The notes under the pieces are model-generated. The model ran no database searches and was not told the origin of the DNA. It saw nothing but the letters and a program-made list of their open reading frames with translations. A DNA stretch of 64,000 nt from positions 21,266,001-21,330,000 of the forward strand of contig NC_091991.1 in NCBI RefSeq assembly GCF_044704955.1, given 5' to 3'. Shown here in pieces: positions 25,036-36,872 of this stretch; the first letter of the stretch is position 1; the number at the start of each line of letters is the position of its first letter. Source of the DNA: Pristiophorus japonicus. Its lineage: Eukaryota. Made by a program: the position numbers and the translations under genes.

Positions 25036-25135
25036 TTTTCCTGTGCCTGTTTTCTTTTTGTTAGACTTGGGGTTGGGGGCTGCTGATTTGGATCACTGTG
25101 CTTAGTCAAAGGTTTGCTTGTATTCATTTCAAAAT
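25036..25135 (-). CDS. Spo12-like protein, exon 3
   Basis: Acceptor TTTTTCTTCACCCCCACTAG|A, donor AA|GTAAGT, 100 nt, phase 1-2; (N)FEMNTSKPLTKHSDPNQQPPTPSLTKRKQAQE(K); 98-nt intron to exon 4. Confidence 0.82.
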
Positions 25136-26176
25136 CTAGTGGGGGTGAAGAAAAAGCAAGAAAAAAGGTTACAGTTGATACTATTCAATATATGCATCTA
25201 TAAATAATACAAAAAAAAGTGCTGGAAGCCATAATGCCATATTCCATTGACCTGGGGTGAGGGGCGGGGGGCAAGAGGGAGTAAAAATATACAAAAGGAA
25301 AGGTGGTGTTGCTTGAACAGCACCTGGGAGTGGCTTTGCAGTCACAAGTAAATGCTGAAAACTTGAAACATCTTCACCTGAACCATCTAAAACCTGGTAG
25401 AGGGAGAGAGAAGCAACCAAAGGTTTAACAAGGCTCAATACTGAGCAACTCTTGACCTCCTTCAGCTTTTCTGTCCTGCTACAATTTCCAGGCATTACCA
25501 AACTAATATTTCTTGATTTACCCAGACTTTGTACTCAATCTTGCTGGTGCTCTGTAGGGAGATCTTGGACCTTCAGCTTGATTCATCAATTCAAAAAAGC
25601 ACTGTTTGCACTATTGTTAGTGGATCACAAGTGTTGCAAGGCCAAGCAGTCACCACAATAATTCTGGTCTAGGAATCCAAATAAAGGGCTGAACACATTC
25701 CACAAATCCTATATTTGACATGGTGCTCGCAAAAGATGACCCAGTTTATGGATTTGACTTGATGCACACCAAAGATAACTAGTTTATTGGTTTAATAGCA
25801 TGTGACAGTCTCAACAATCACAGGTCACCCAGCAGCAGTCTAGTGACAAAAATGAGGGTGCCGAATTCTAAACATGCAAGTAAAACCACTCGTGTTAAAG
25901 CTAGAGCAGAAATTTGAACAGACAGTGAAGACCTGAGTTTTGAAGCATCATTTGAATAGTGGCATTTCAGAATTTCACATTTTGTATGCAATTAAAAGCT
26001 GCACATACTGGGATGCTAAAATGTATTTAATTACAGTCTGAGACACAACTTGCTGCACTCATCACAAATTTTTGAAACATCAAATTCTCAAAGTTGTATT
26101 AGATCAAGTTATTGCAAAGTTGTCAAAGTAGGTTGTGGAACAGTGAACACATTTGTACCATCCAGTTGCACCTTAC

Positions 26177-26192
26177 TTGGTGTAGTGCTCAT
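26177..26192 (-). CDS. Spo12-like protein, coding part of exon 2 (exon 26177-26266)
   Basis: Acceptor GATTTTTTAG|A at 26266; GCCATCATGA start context with A at -3 and an in-frame upstream TGA; MSTTP(N); donor CAA|GTAAGG, phase 1, matches exon 3. Confidence 0.7.
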
Positions 26193-28649
26193 GATGGCCT
26201 TGTGTTACTGCAGTCACACACTGCTTCCCAACTTAAGTTTTCAGGACTTGTCTCTTGCACAAAAGTCTAAAAAATCAATCCTCGAGGTTAATTAAAATCT
26301 GGGCAATTTCAATTTCTTTTTTTTAAAAAAACTTAATTTCTGATACATCAAAGTAAAACAAGCAGGAAATCTTAAAATGCTGGTCATATGATTAGGTAGC
26401 AGAACCACAAATTTGGATTACATATTGCATTGCAACAGATTAGGAAAGAGATCAGCATGTTTTATTGGATATGTTAAAACTGCCTATTCAGTGTTTGTAG
26501 TCAGTGAACTTTGTATCTGGCCTTGGCAAAGCTTCATCCAAGAGTACCAGGTTACATTTTGTAATACAGGTATCCAGGAGGGCTCAGAGGCTGATCCTGA
26601 GCTCGAGACATGTAGAGAGGATAATATCAACTACCCTTGGGTTCAAAGAGGATGCCGGGTCAGATATTTAATAGCAGATCTTCAGATTTTGTTTTATGAA
26701 AAATTTGGACTCAGGATAATTAAGCACAGGATTCAAGGAGTAGCATTCACAATTTAAAGTTAAAGGATACAAAAAGAAAGTAGGAACTTTAGAATTTTAG
26801 AATGTTGAACCAAATTGCCAGCAGGGAAGGGAAGCTGGAACAGTGAACCATGACAGATTTTGAAAAAGGATTGGATGAATTATCAAGAAAGAGGATACAT
26901 AGCTTTAAGTTTGACAATCATACCAAGGAAACTGATGGATGGCTTGGAAAGATAGGCTAGACAAACCCAGTGATCTTCTAAAACCTAGAACATTACTTTG
27001 GCAAATCACATTTTATCATGCCTGCAGGGACACTTATGAAATCTGTGACCATTGCAAAAGTCACAGGCATTGCATTCCCAAGGACTGTGGGTAAATGCAG
27101 CTGTACAGATCTTGGAAGGTTCTTCAGCCTAGAGTTAACTAATCAGTTGAGCAGCACATTTGGCCTCAAGTGTCCTAAGCTAGGGGGATAGCCAAGGTCC
27201 CCCACACCAGATAAGATCTGCAATCATGCTCTGAGAGTAGCATCATCTTCCCACAACCTAGACTCAAGAATAGTCACTTGGGCAAGGAGGGCTTTCAGCT
27301 CCCCTAAACTATATTCTAATACACAAGTCAGTGCCTTTAGCATCAGAAAAGTGATCTCTCCCATACCCAAAAACAGGTTAGGCAACCTTAACAATTCTCA
27401 CATCTGCTCAGTGAGGTGTATTCATGAAACAAACAAAACAAAAATAGTTTTATTGCCCATTTCATGTCTTTTAAAAAAAAATCAATTTGTATAGTTTCCT
27501 GCCATTTTGCCATTAATGCTACTGGTCTCAATTTTTGTAGCACTCACCAGCAACAAGTTTTACATTAAGTAAGACAGACAAAAAGAAATATAGCTGTATA
27601 ACTAAATTTATACAGGAAAAAATTACCAATGAAGCAAGACTTAAACAAAAAAAAAAATTAACACAAAAAAGCACCAAAGGTTGAGAACCACTGTAATGTA
27701 CACAAATCACTAAAAGCTGGTGCACACATACAAAAAGAACTCAAAAGTCTAATGGAATGCTTATTTATCACAAGGGGTGGAAATACAATAGGCGAGGACG
27801 TGATGCTTCAGGTGTGCCCGTCAGACCCCATCTGGCGGAATGCGTTCAATTTCAGGCACCCCAGGCCAGGAACGATTATATTTGCCTTGGAACAGATACA
27901 GCAGATTAACCAGAATACCAAGATTTAAAAAGGGTTAAAATTAATGAGAACAATTTAAGCAGAAAGACAAGCTCCCTCCCCTCAAATCACCAAAACAAAC
28001 AAAGTGGCTGAGACATGCCAGAAAATAGTCAACTGGCTCTAGACATAAACCTCAGGAACACAGCACAAGCCATTTGGTCATCAAACTCCCATCCCCTCCA
28101 AATGTTACACAGCCGTCAACCCGCCTCATATATACACTTTATAAGTTAATATGCTTAACTATTGCAAAAAAAAAAAACTATTGAAAATACATAAAAGATA
28201 AAGCATATTAGAACACTGATTTGAAGTATGATGTGCAAGCGACTAATAAATTATGCATTAATCCTGTTTGAACAGGAGTAAGGAACCACTATCAGTAACT
28301 TTGAAGGAGAGCACCACTTTGTCAGGAGCAATGGCTTACACAAATTAAACCAATATTTTCGGAGACCACATTTTATTTTTTTAATGAAACTTGGTGTCAT
28401 TGCCAATAAAAGACGGATTTATATAACGCCTTTTACCACCACCGGGCGTCTCAAAGTGCTTTCCAGCCAATGAAGTACTTTTGGAGGGTAGTCACTGTTG
28501 TAATGTAGTTAACAATTCTCTTACAAGTCGGTAACAACCCGCCACAAAATATCAGCAATTTTATTTAAATCGAGCATCTCATCCACAAACCAACAATTTA
28601 CATTTGCGTGTAGTCTCACGGTGTTTTAGATAAAAAGAAACCATCTCAC

Positions 28650-28705
28650 CACTTGTTTCCCTGTCGGACAGTCCACAAACACCTCTGAGCCCACGGTTTG
28701 TGGCG
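28650..28705 (-). other. Putative non-coding exon 1 of the Spo12-like gene (start approximate)
   Basis: Donor AAGTG|GTGAGA at 28649; TATA-like CATAAAA on minus at 28726-28732; lies at the edge of the CpG island. Confidence 0.6.
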
Positions 28706-29030
28706 AGCTGCCTGGCAGCCGCCAGTTTTATGGCCGTTCGCGTCACGCTCCGCGCGTCATCGGCTCTGCCGCACCCCATTGGCCGTTCCCGCGGGCCGTT
28801 CAAATCATCACAAGATTCCGAACGGTTGGCGCCGCGCGCGAGGTACAAAAATCCCCCCCCCGGCCCGGCAACCTTCAGTCAGCAGGCGGGCGGGGCCGCG
28901 AGCGCCGTTTCCATAGCGACCGCTGCAGCCGCCAGGTAACTGCCAGCTCCTAGCGCAGTGCACAGGCTGCGGCCGTTTTGTTTTGCCCAGTGTGACTGAC
29001 GCTAGCTCGCCCTCGGTCCCGGTCCCGAGA
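28700..29030. promoter_or_regulatory. CpG-island promoter, probably bidirectional, with cell-cycle and RFX motifs
   Basis: CCAAT (minus 28778-28782), E2F-like TTCCCGC (28786-28792) and TTGGCGC (28826-28832), CHR TTTGAA (minus 28799-28804), GGCCGTT x4, GC boxes near 28885-28896, X-box GTTTCCATAGCGAC (28907-28920), plus-strand donor CAG|GTAACT at 28936. Confidence 0.8.
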
Positions 29031-29751
29031 AACAAACATTTTTCCTGCAAGTGCTCCTCTCCCTCTTATGTTCAAGGAGACACAACAAATAGAATAATTT
29101 AGACATCAGTTCTGAAGAAAGGTTGTAGAATCATAGAAGTTTAGAACACAGAAAGAGGCCATTTCGGCACATCGTGCCTGCGCCGGCCGAAAAAGAGCTA
29201 TCCAGGCTAATCCCACTTTCCAGCTCTTGGTCCCCAGCCTTGCAGGTAAGGGCACTTCAAGAAAGAAAGACTTGCATTTGTACAGCACTTTTCACGACCA
29301 CCAGACCTCCCAAAGCACTTTACAGCCAATGAAGTGTAGTTACTGTTCAAGAAGAGCGTTGGTACGATGACACAGTCCTGCTTGACCGCGGTCCGGACGT
29401 GGATTGGGCCTGTGGTGGATCCGTTTGTCAGGATCACGACTTTCTTGATCTTCCTTGCTGTAATGCTCCATCTCACTCTCAGCAAGCTCCCCGCTGGAGT
29501 GGAACTAAACTCCATCATCATCATAGGCAGTCCCTCAGAATCGAGGAAGACTTGCTTCCACTCTTAAAATGAGTCCTTAGGTGGCTGAACAGTCCAATAC
29601 GAGAACCACAGTCCCTGTCGCAGGTGGGACAGATAGTCGTTGAAGGAAAGGGAGGGTGGGACTGTTTTGCCGCATGCTCTTTCCGCTGCCCGCTCCTGGT
29701 TTCTGCATGCAGTCGGCGACGAGACTCGAGGTGCTCAGCGCCCTCCCGGAT

Positions 29752-32700
29752 AGCAGTTAATGGGTATGATGTGATTGGCATCACGGAGACATGGCTCCAG
29801 GGTGACCAAGGCTGGGAACTCAACATCCAGGGGTATTCAGCAATTAGGAAGGATAGACAGAAAGGAAAAGGAGGCGGGGTGGCTGTGATGTATGTAGCAC
29901 TCAAATCACTGACTCCACACGGTCTGGTGCTGTAATAACTGCAGTGACCTTAGTCCTTTATTGTGTAACTCCAGAGTGCCTCTCAGGTGTGGTGGGCAGC
30001 CTTTTATACTCTGTCTTGCAGGTACTTTCAGGTCTCCCACCACAGCACCCTCTGTGGCACACCATTGTACTTATACATTTAATGTACCTGGATAATACAT
30101 AACATCTCACTCCCCCTGCAGTTCCAAAAGCCATTGCCGGTGACCTCGGCCTTATTCGTCCTGGTTGATTTGTGTGTGAGTCCATGACCATCCCACTTCC
30201 CTCTTCTTCCTCCATGTGGAGATTATGCTTGCGATCCGGTACAAGCATGTGGTATTTGCAGTCCTTACATGGGTGATAACCTCCAACAGAAAGCAGGTAT
30301 ACATAAATGGTACATTTGTATGGTACATATAATATGTGGTACAGATGTTATGTCAAAAGGTTGCAGGTACACTGAAGAGTTATTTAATCCCAGTTCCTCT
30401 GGGTGAGGTACAGTGGCAGTACACAGCCCCTTTTTGCCCGAGGTAATGGGCTGCGCTGAGACAGGGTATCGCAACTGGTGCGTTGCCTCTGTTCTCAGAA
30501 AGTAGTCGCTTTGGCGGCTCATCTGCAACTGCTGAACCATTGCATGAATCACCTAAATCGAAAATCGCATTAGCCCATTAGTCATGTTAGTCATGGATCC
30601 ATATCCCTTTTACTTGTACCTCGTGGTAGTAACTCTTTTCGTAATTCATATCCATAATTTTAAACACAGTAACCATTCAGCATTAAAATATTAACTCTTA
30701 TCATAAGTCGTAATTCTACATTGATATAGCTCATTTAGACTCACTCTTGCCTTGCAAAAGTCTTATTGTGGGGACCACCAACAGTGTAAGGCCCTTTTAA
30801 GACTCCCAGGTGCAGTTCCCTTTTAAAACGCCATCTTGTGGTTTCCACGAGGCTTCCCTTGGGCGCTGCCATTTTAGTTGCTCTGCTGACCTTTGTCTGC
30901 AGAGCTCTGTTGCCACGAGGCTTGCCACGAGGCTCACCACCATCTTGAGCTTGCTGGCGAAGAAAGAACAGAGGGAACAAAGAAGAAAGGGGAAAAATGG
31001 CCCAGAGTAACCCATCTTGACTGGCAGAAGTGGCTCCCTGGACTCGATCAGTCACAGTCCCTGTGAGGGTGGCCTCCGTACTTGCTGCTGCATCCGCAGC
31101 TCTGGCTTGCATTCTCCTGAGTCACGGCAGCCGCCGACGTAGCCTCCGCTCCCACCTCTGTCTCCGCACTTGCCGCCTCTCCTGCGGCCGCCGTGGCCGC
31201 CACCATCGCAGCCGCTACCGCCACCCGACTTTTCCTCGGCGTGGGCCCCCCGGATCCGCTGGCCATCGATGGACCTCCCGCTCATCGCCCGCAGCGCCCC
31301 GCCGGCCCGCCCCCCAGCAATCGGCCCGCACCTGCAAAACTGCACTTCCAGGGTCTGCTCGTTTGTGGAGGCTGAGGCTGCAAGATTGCTTGAAGTCAGG
31401 AGTTCTGGGCTGCTGTCGCCTGTGTGTGGATTTAGGCTGCAGCTCCAGCTCGGTCAGCGCTGCTCTTTGGGAACTCGGGGAGCAGCAGTCTGTGGAGGAG
31501 TGATGAAGTCTTCCCAGCTCCCACAGACTTTCCCCATCCACCTCCTGCCAAGAAGCGTCAGCCCATCGCCTGCAATGACCCACAAAGGTAAACCGTGCGT
31601 CTCGCCCCTGTGAGATACCTGCACATCCACCCTGCCAAGAACAGGTATCAGTTCCTTGGTGTAGGTACGCAGCTTTGCCGTGACCGGGACCAGCTTGGGT
31701 CGTGCAGCTGGGTTGACCCACAGTTTATCAAAAGTTCTGTGACTCATCAACAACGGACCCGATCCCGTATCCACTGCCATGTTCACTGGGACTCCGTTAA
31801 TTTTTACTTCCATTATCACTGGGGGCGAATCGTTGGTACACGTGTACAGTCCTAACACCTCATCTTCTTCTGCCTGCTCCTCGCTGAACAGTGGCTCATC
31901 CCCCATCTCCTCAGCCACGCGGTGATTCAGATTTCTTTTACACATACGCTGAAGGTGGCCTTTAATGTGGCAGGTATTGTATGTATACTCCGCAAACCTG
32001 CATCGGTGAGCCCCATGGCTTCCTCCCCAGCGCCAGCATGGTGCTGCTTGATTGACCCCCCTCAGCGGACTCTGAGTTCCAGGACTCCGAGATCCATGCT
32101 CTCTGCCCCGGGCACGTTCTGCAGTTTTGTCCGTGGTGGGCGCTATCCTGTGGACCGTGCCTGCTGGGTTCGAGACTGTGTGGATCATTTGCTTGGTATT
32201 GCAAGTCGAGGTCATATATGCCCGCTGATGGTGATAGCTTTTGTCAGGGTGACTGTGGGTTCAGTGGCGAGCAGCTTGTGAAGAAGGCCCTCGTGGCCAA
32301 TCCCCATAACAAAAATGTCCCGCAACGCCTCGTCAAGGTGTGCGCCAAAATCACTTGGCGCCGCGAGTCTCCTGAGGTCCGCAGCATATTTGGTGACATC
32401 CTGGCCCTCAGGTCTGCAGTGATGGTAGAATTTGTGCCTGGCCTTGAGGATGCTCTTCTTTGGTTTCAACTGCTCACGAATGAGTGCGATCAGCTCCTCA
32501 TATGACTTGTCCCTGGTGCTCGTGGGTGCCAGCAAATCCCTGACGAGACAGTAAACCTCATCGCCACAACTGGACAGCAATATCGCCTTACGCTTCGCTC
32601 TCATTGCATCTGTGTCCGCCTTCAGGTAGTTTGCTGTGAAGTAGTATTCAAGCCTTTCCGTAAAGGCCTCCCAATCATTGCCCACCGTAAAATCCTTTAG

Positions 32701-35626
32701 CGAACCCAGAGTAGCCATGGTTGCGTGAAGTTCGTCCGTATCCTTGTCGCCAATGTGATGTATGTAGCACTCAAATCACTGACTCCACAAGGTCTGGTGC
32801 TGTAATAACTGCTGTGACCTTAGTCCTTTATTGTGTAACTCCAGAGTGCCTCTCAGGTGTGGTGGGTAGCCTTTTATACTCTGTCTTGCAGGTACTTTCA
32901 GGTCTCCCACCACAGCGCCCTCTGTGGTGCACCATTGTAGTTATACATTTAATGTACCTGGACAATACATACAGTGGCGTTGCTGGTTAAGAGGAAATTA
33001 ATGCAATTGTAAGGAAGGACATTAGCTTGGATGATGTGAAATCAGTATGGGTGGAGCTACGGAATACTAAAGGGCAGAAAACGCTAGTGGGAGTTGTGTA
33101 CAGGCCACCAAACAGTAGTAGTGAGGTTGGGGACAGCATCAAACAAGAAATAAGGGATGTGTGCAATAAAGGTACAGCAGTAATCATGGGTGATTTTAAT
33201 CAACATATTGATTGGGCTAACCTAATTGGTAGCAATGCGGTGGAGGAGGATTTCCTGGAGTGTATTAGGGATGGTTTTCTAGACCAATATGTCGAGGAAC
33301 CAACCAGAGAGCTGGCCATCCTAGACTGGGTGATGTGTAATGAGAAGGGACTAATTAGCAATCTTGTTGTGCGAGGCCCCTTGGGGAAGAGTGACCATAA
33401 TATGGTAGAATTCTTTATTAAGATGGAGAGTGACAAAGATAATTCAGAAACTAGGGTCCTGAGCTTAAGGAAAGGTAACTTTGATGGTATGAGGCGCGAA
33501 TTGGCTAGATTAGACTGGCAAATGATACTTAAAGGGTTGACGGTGGATAGGCAGTGGCAAACCTTTACAGATCATATGGACGAACTTCATTATTTGTACA
33601 TCCCTGTCTGGAGTAAAAAATAAAACGGGGAAGGTGGCTCAACCGTGGCTAACAAGGAAAATTAAGGATAGTGTTAAATCCAAGGAAGAGGCTTACAAAT
33701 TAGCCAGAAAAAGTAGCAAGCCGGAGGACTGGGAGAAATTTAGAATGCAGCAGAGGAGGACAAAGGGTTTAATTAAGAAGGGGAAAATAGAGTACGAGAG
33801 AAAGCTTGTCGGAAACAAAAAATGACTGCCAAAGCTTCTATAGATATGTGAAGAGAAAAAGATTAGTGAAGACAAATGTTGGTCCCTTGCAGTCGGATTC
33901 GGGTGAATTTATAATGGGGAACAAAGAAATGGCAGACCAATTAAACAAATACTTTGATTCTGTCTTCACAAAGGAAGACACAAATAACCTTCTCAATGTA
34001 CTCGGGGTCCGAAGGTCTAGTGAGAAGGAGGAACTGAAGGATATCCTTATTAGGTGGGAAATTGTGTTAGGGAAATTGACGGGATTGAAGATCGATAAAT
34101 CCCAGGGCCTGATCGTCTACATCCCAGAGTACTTAAGGAAATGGCCCTAGAAATAGTGGATGCATTGGTGATAATTTTCCAACAGTCTATCGACTCTGGA
34201 TCAGTTCCTAATGTAACACCACTTTTTTAAAAAGGAGGGAGAGAGAAAATGGGTAATTATAGACCAGTTAGCCTGACATTAGTAGTGGTGAAAACGTTGG
34301 AATCAATCATTAAGGATGAAATAGCAGATTTGGAAAGCAGTGATAGAATTGGTCCAAGTCAGCATGGATTTATGAAGGGGAAATCATGCTTGACAAATCT
34401 TCTGGAATTTTTTGAGAATGTAACGAGTAGAGTAGACAGGGGAGAACCAGTGGATGTGGTGTATTTGGACTTTCAAAAGGCTTTTGACAAGGTCCCACAC
34501 AAGAGACTGGTGTGTAAAATCAAAGCACATGGTATTGGGGGTAATGTACTGACATGGATAGAGAACTGGTTGGCAGACAGGAAGCAGAGAGTCGGGATTA
34601 ACGGGTCCTTTTCAGAATGGCAGGCAGTGACTAGTGGAGTGCCGCAGGGCTCAGTGCTGGGACCCCAGCTCTTTACAATATATATTAATGATTTGGATGA
34701 TGGAATTGAGTGTAATATCTCCAAGTTTGCAGATGACACTAAACTGGGTGGCGGTGCGAGCTGTGAGGAGGACGCTAAGAGGCTGCAGGGTGATTTGGAC
34801 AGGTTAGGCGAGTGGGCAAATACATGGCAGATGCAGTATAATGTGGATAAATGTGAAATTATCCACTTTGGGGGCAAAAACTTGAAGGCAGAATATCTGA
34901 ATGGCGGCAGATTAGGAAAAGGGGTGGTGCAGCGAGACCTGGGTGTCATGATTCATCAGTCATTGAAGGTTGGCTTGCAGGTACAGCGGGTGGTGAAGAA
35001 GGCAAATGGTATGTTGGCCTTCATAGCAAGGGGATTTGAATATAGGAGCAGGGAAGTCTTACTGCAGTTGTACAGGGCCTTAGTGAGGCCTCACCTGGAA
35101 TATTGTGTTGAGTTTTGGTATCCTAATCTGAGGAAGGATGTTCTTGCTATTGAGGGAGTGCAGCGGAGGTTCACCAGACTGATTCCTGGGATGGCAGGAC
35201 TGACATATGAGGAGAGACTGGATTGACTGGGAGTTTAGAAGGATGAAAGGGGATCTCATAGAAACATATAAAATTCTGACAGGACTGGACAGGTTAGATG
35301 TAGGAAGAATGTTCCCAATGTTGGGAAAGTCCAGAACCAGGGGACATAGTCTTAGGATAAGGGGTAAGCCATTTAGGACTGAGATGAGGAGGAACTTCTT
35401 CACTCAGAGTTGTTAACCTATGGAATTCCTTACCGCAGAGAGTTGTTAATGCCAGTTCATTGGATATATTCAAGAGGGAGTTAAATATGGCCCTTGCGGC
35501 TAAAGGGATCAAGGGGTATGGAGAGAAAGCAGGAATGGGGTACTGAAGGAATGATCAGCCATGATCTTATTGAATCGTGGTGCAGGCTCGAAGGGCCGGA
35601 TGGCCTACTCCTGCACCTATTTTCTA
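29752..35626 (+). mobile_element. CR1 LINE ORF2 (degenerate), split by LTR element C
   Basis: GITETW..KGKGGGVA at 29752-29883 resumes at 32974; RT motifs at 34249-35226; tail TTTTCTATG near 35620. Confidence 0.92.
29884..32973 (-). mobile_element. Non-autonomous Gypsy-derived LTR element C (gag, protease, unknown region; no RT/RH/IN)
   Basis: LTRs 29884-30104 and 32754-32973; TSD GTGGC (29879-29883, 32974-32978); PBS TGGCGACAAGG; gag from ATG 32718, CCHC knuckles, VDTGS protease; no RT or integrase motifs seen. Confidence 0.92.
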
Positions 35627-36872
35627 TGCACTTCCTCCACTCAGGGCGGTCTTTGGCGAGGGACTCCCAGGTGTCAGTGGGGATGTTGCACTTTATCAGG
35701 GAGGCTTTGAGGGTGTCCTTGTAACGTTTCCTCTGCCTACATTTGGCTCGTTTGCCGTGAAGGAGTTCCGAATAGAGCGCTTGCTTTGGGAGTCCCGGGT
35801 CTGGCATGCGGACAATGTGGCCTGCCCAGCAGAATTGATCAAGTATGGTTAGTGCTTCAATGCCGGGGATGTTGGCCTGGTCGAGGACGCTAATGTTAGT
35901 GCGTCTGTCCTCCCAGGAGATTATACGATCTTGCGGACACATCATTGGTGGTATTTCTCCAGCAACCTGAGGTGTCTACTGTACATGGTCCATGTCTCTG
36001 AGCCATATCGGAGGGCGGGTATTTCTACAGCCCTGTAAACCATGAGCTTGGTAGCAGGTTTGAGGGCCTGGTCTTCAAACACTCTTTTCCTCAGGTGGCC
36101 GAAGGCTACACTGGAGGCGGTGTTGAATCTCGTCGTCAATGTCTGCTCGTTGATAAGAGGCTCCCGAGGTAAGAGAAATGGTCCACGTTGTCCAGGGCCA
36201 CGCCGTGGATCTTGATGACTGGGGGAAAGTGTTGTGCTGTGAGGACAGGCTGGTGGAAGACCTTTATCTTACAGATGTTTAGCGTAAGTCCCATGCTTTT
36301 GTATGCCTCACTAAAAACGTTGACTATTTCCTGGAGTTCAGCCTCTGTATGTGCGCAGGCGCAGGCATCATCCGCGTACTGTAGCTCGACGATAGAGGTT
36401 GGGGTGGTCTTGGATCTGACCTGGAGATGACGAAAGTTGAACAAGTTCCCACTGGTTCTGTAGTTTAGCTCCACTACAGCGGGGAGCTTGTTGACTGTGA
36501 GGTGGAGCATGACAGCGAGTAAGATTGAGAAGAGGGTTGGGGCGATGATACAGCCCTGTTTGACCCTGGTCCGGACATGGATTGGATCTGTAATGGATCT
36601 GTTGATAAGGATCACGGCCTGCATGTCGTCATGGAGCAGGCGGAGGATGGTGACGATCTTTTGGGGGCATCCGAAAAGGAGGAGGCCGCTCCATAGACCC
36701 TCGTGGTTGACAGTGTCAAAGGCCTTTGTAAGGTCGAAGAAGACCATGCATAAGGGCTGGTGCTGTTCCCTGCAGCTGTCGCGCTATAAAAATCATGTGC
36801 GTTGTACCCCGTAGGGGACAAAATCCGCACTGTGACTCCGGGAGGAGCTCCTTAGCTACAGGGAGAAGACAC

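Larger units (their letters stand above)
29515..36868 (-). mobile_element. RTE (BovB-like) LINE 3' half, split into 29515-29751 and 35627-36868 by a CR1 insertion
   Basis: FFDLTKAFDTV, ELQYADD, C-terminal CPTCDRDCGSRIGLFSHLRTH, (ATG)n tail; the halves rejoin as CCCTCCCGGAT|GCACTTCCTCC. Confidence 0.88.

Noticed and set aside
31100-31340. CpG-rich tract resembling a gene promoter island
   Set aside because: Internal to LTR element C, between its LTRs and TSD.
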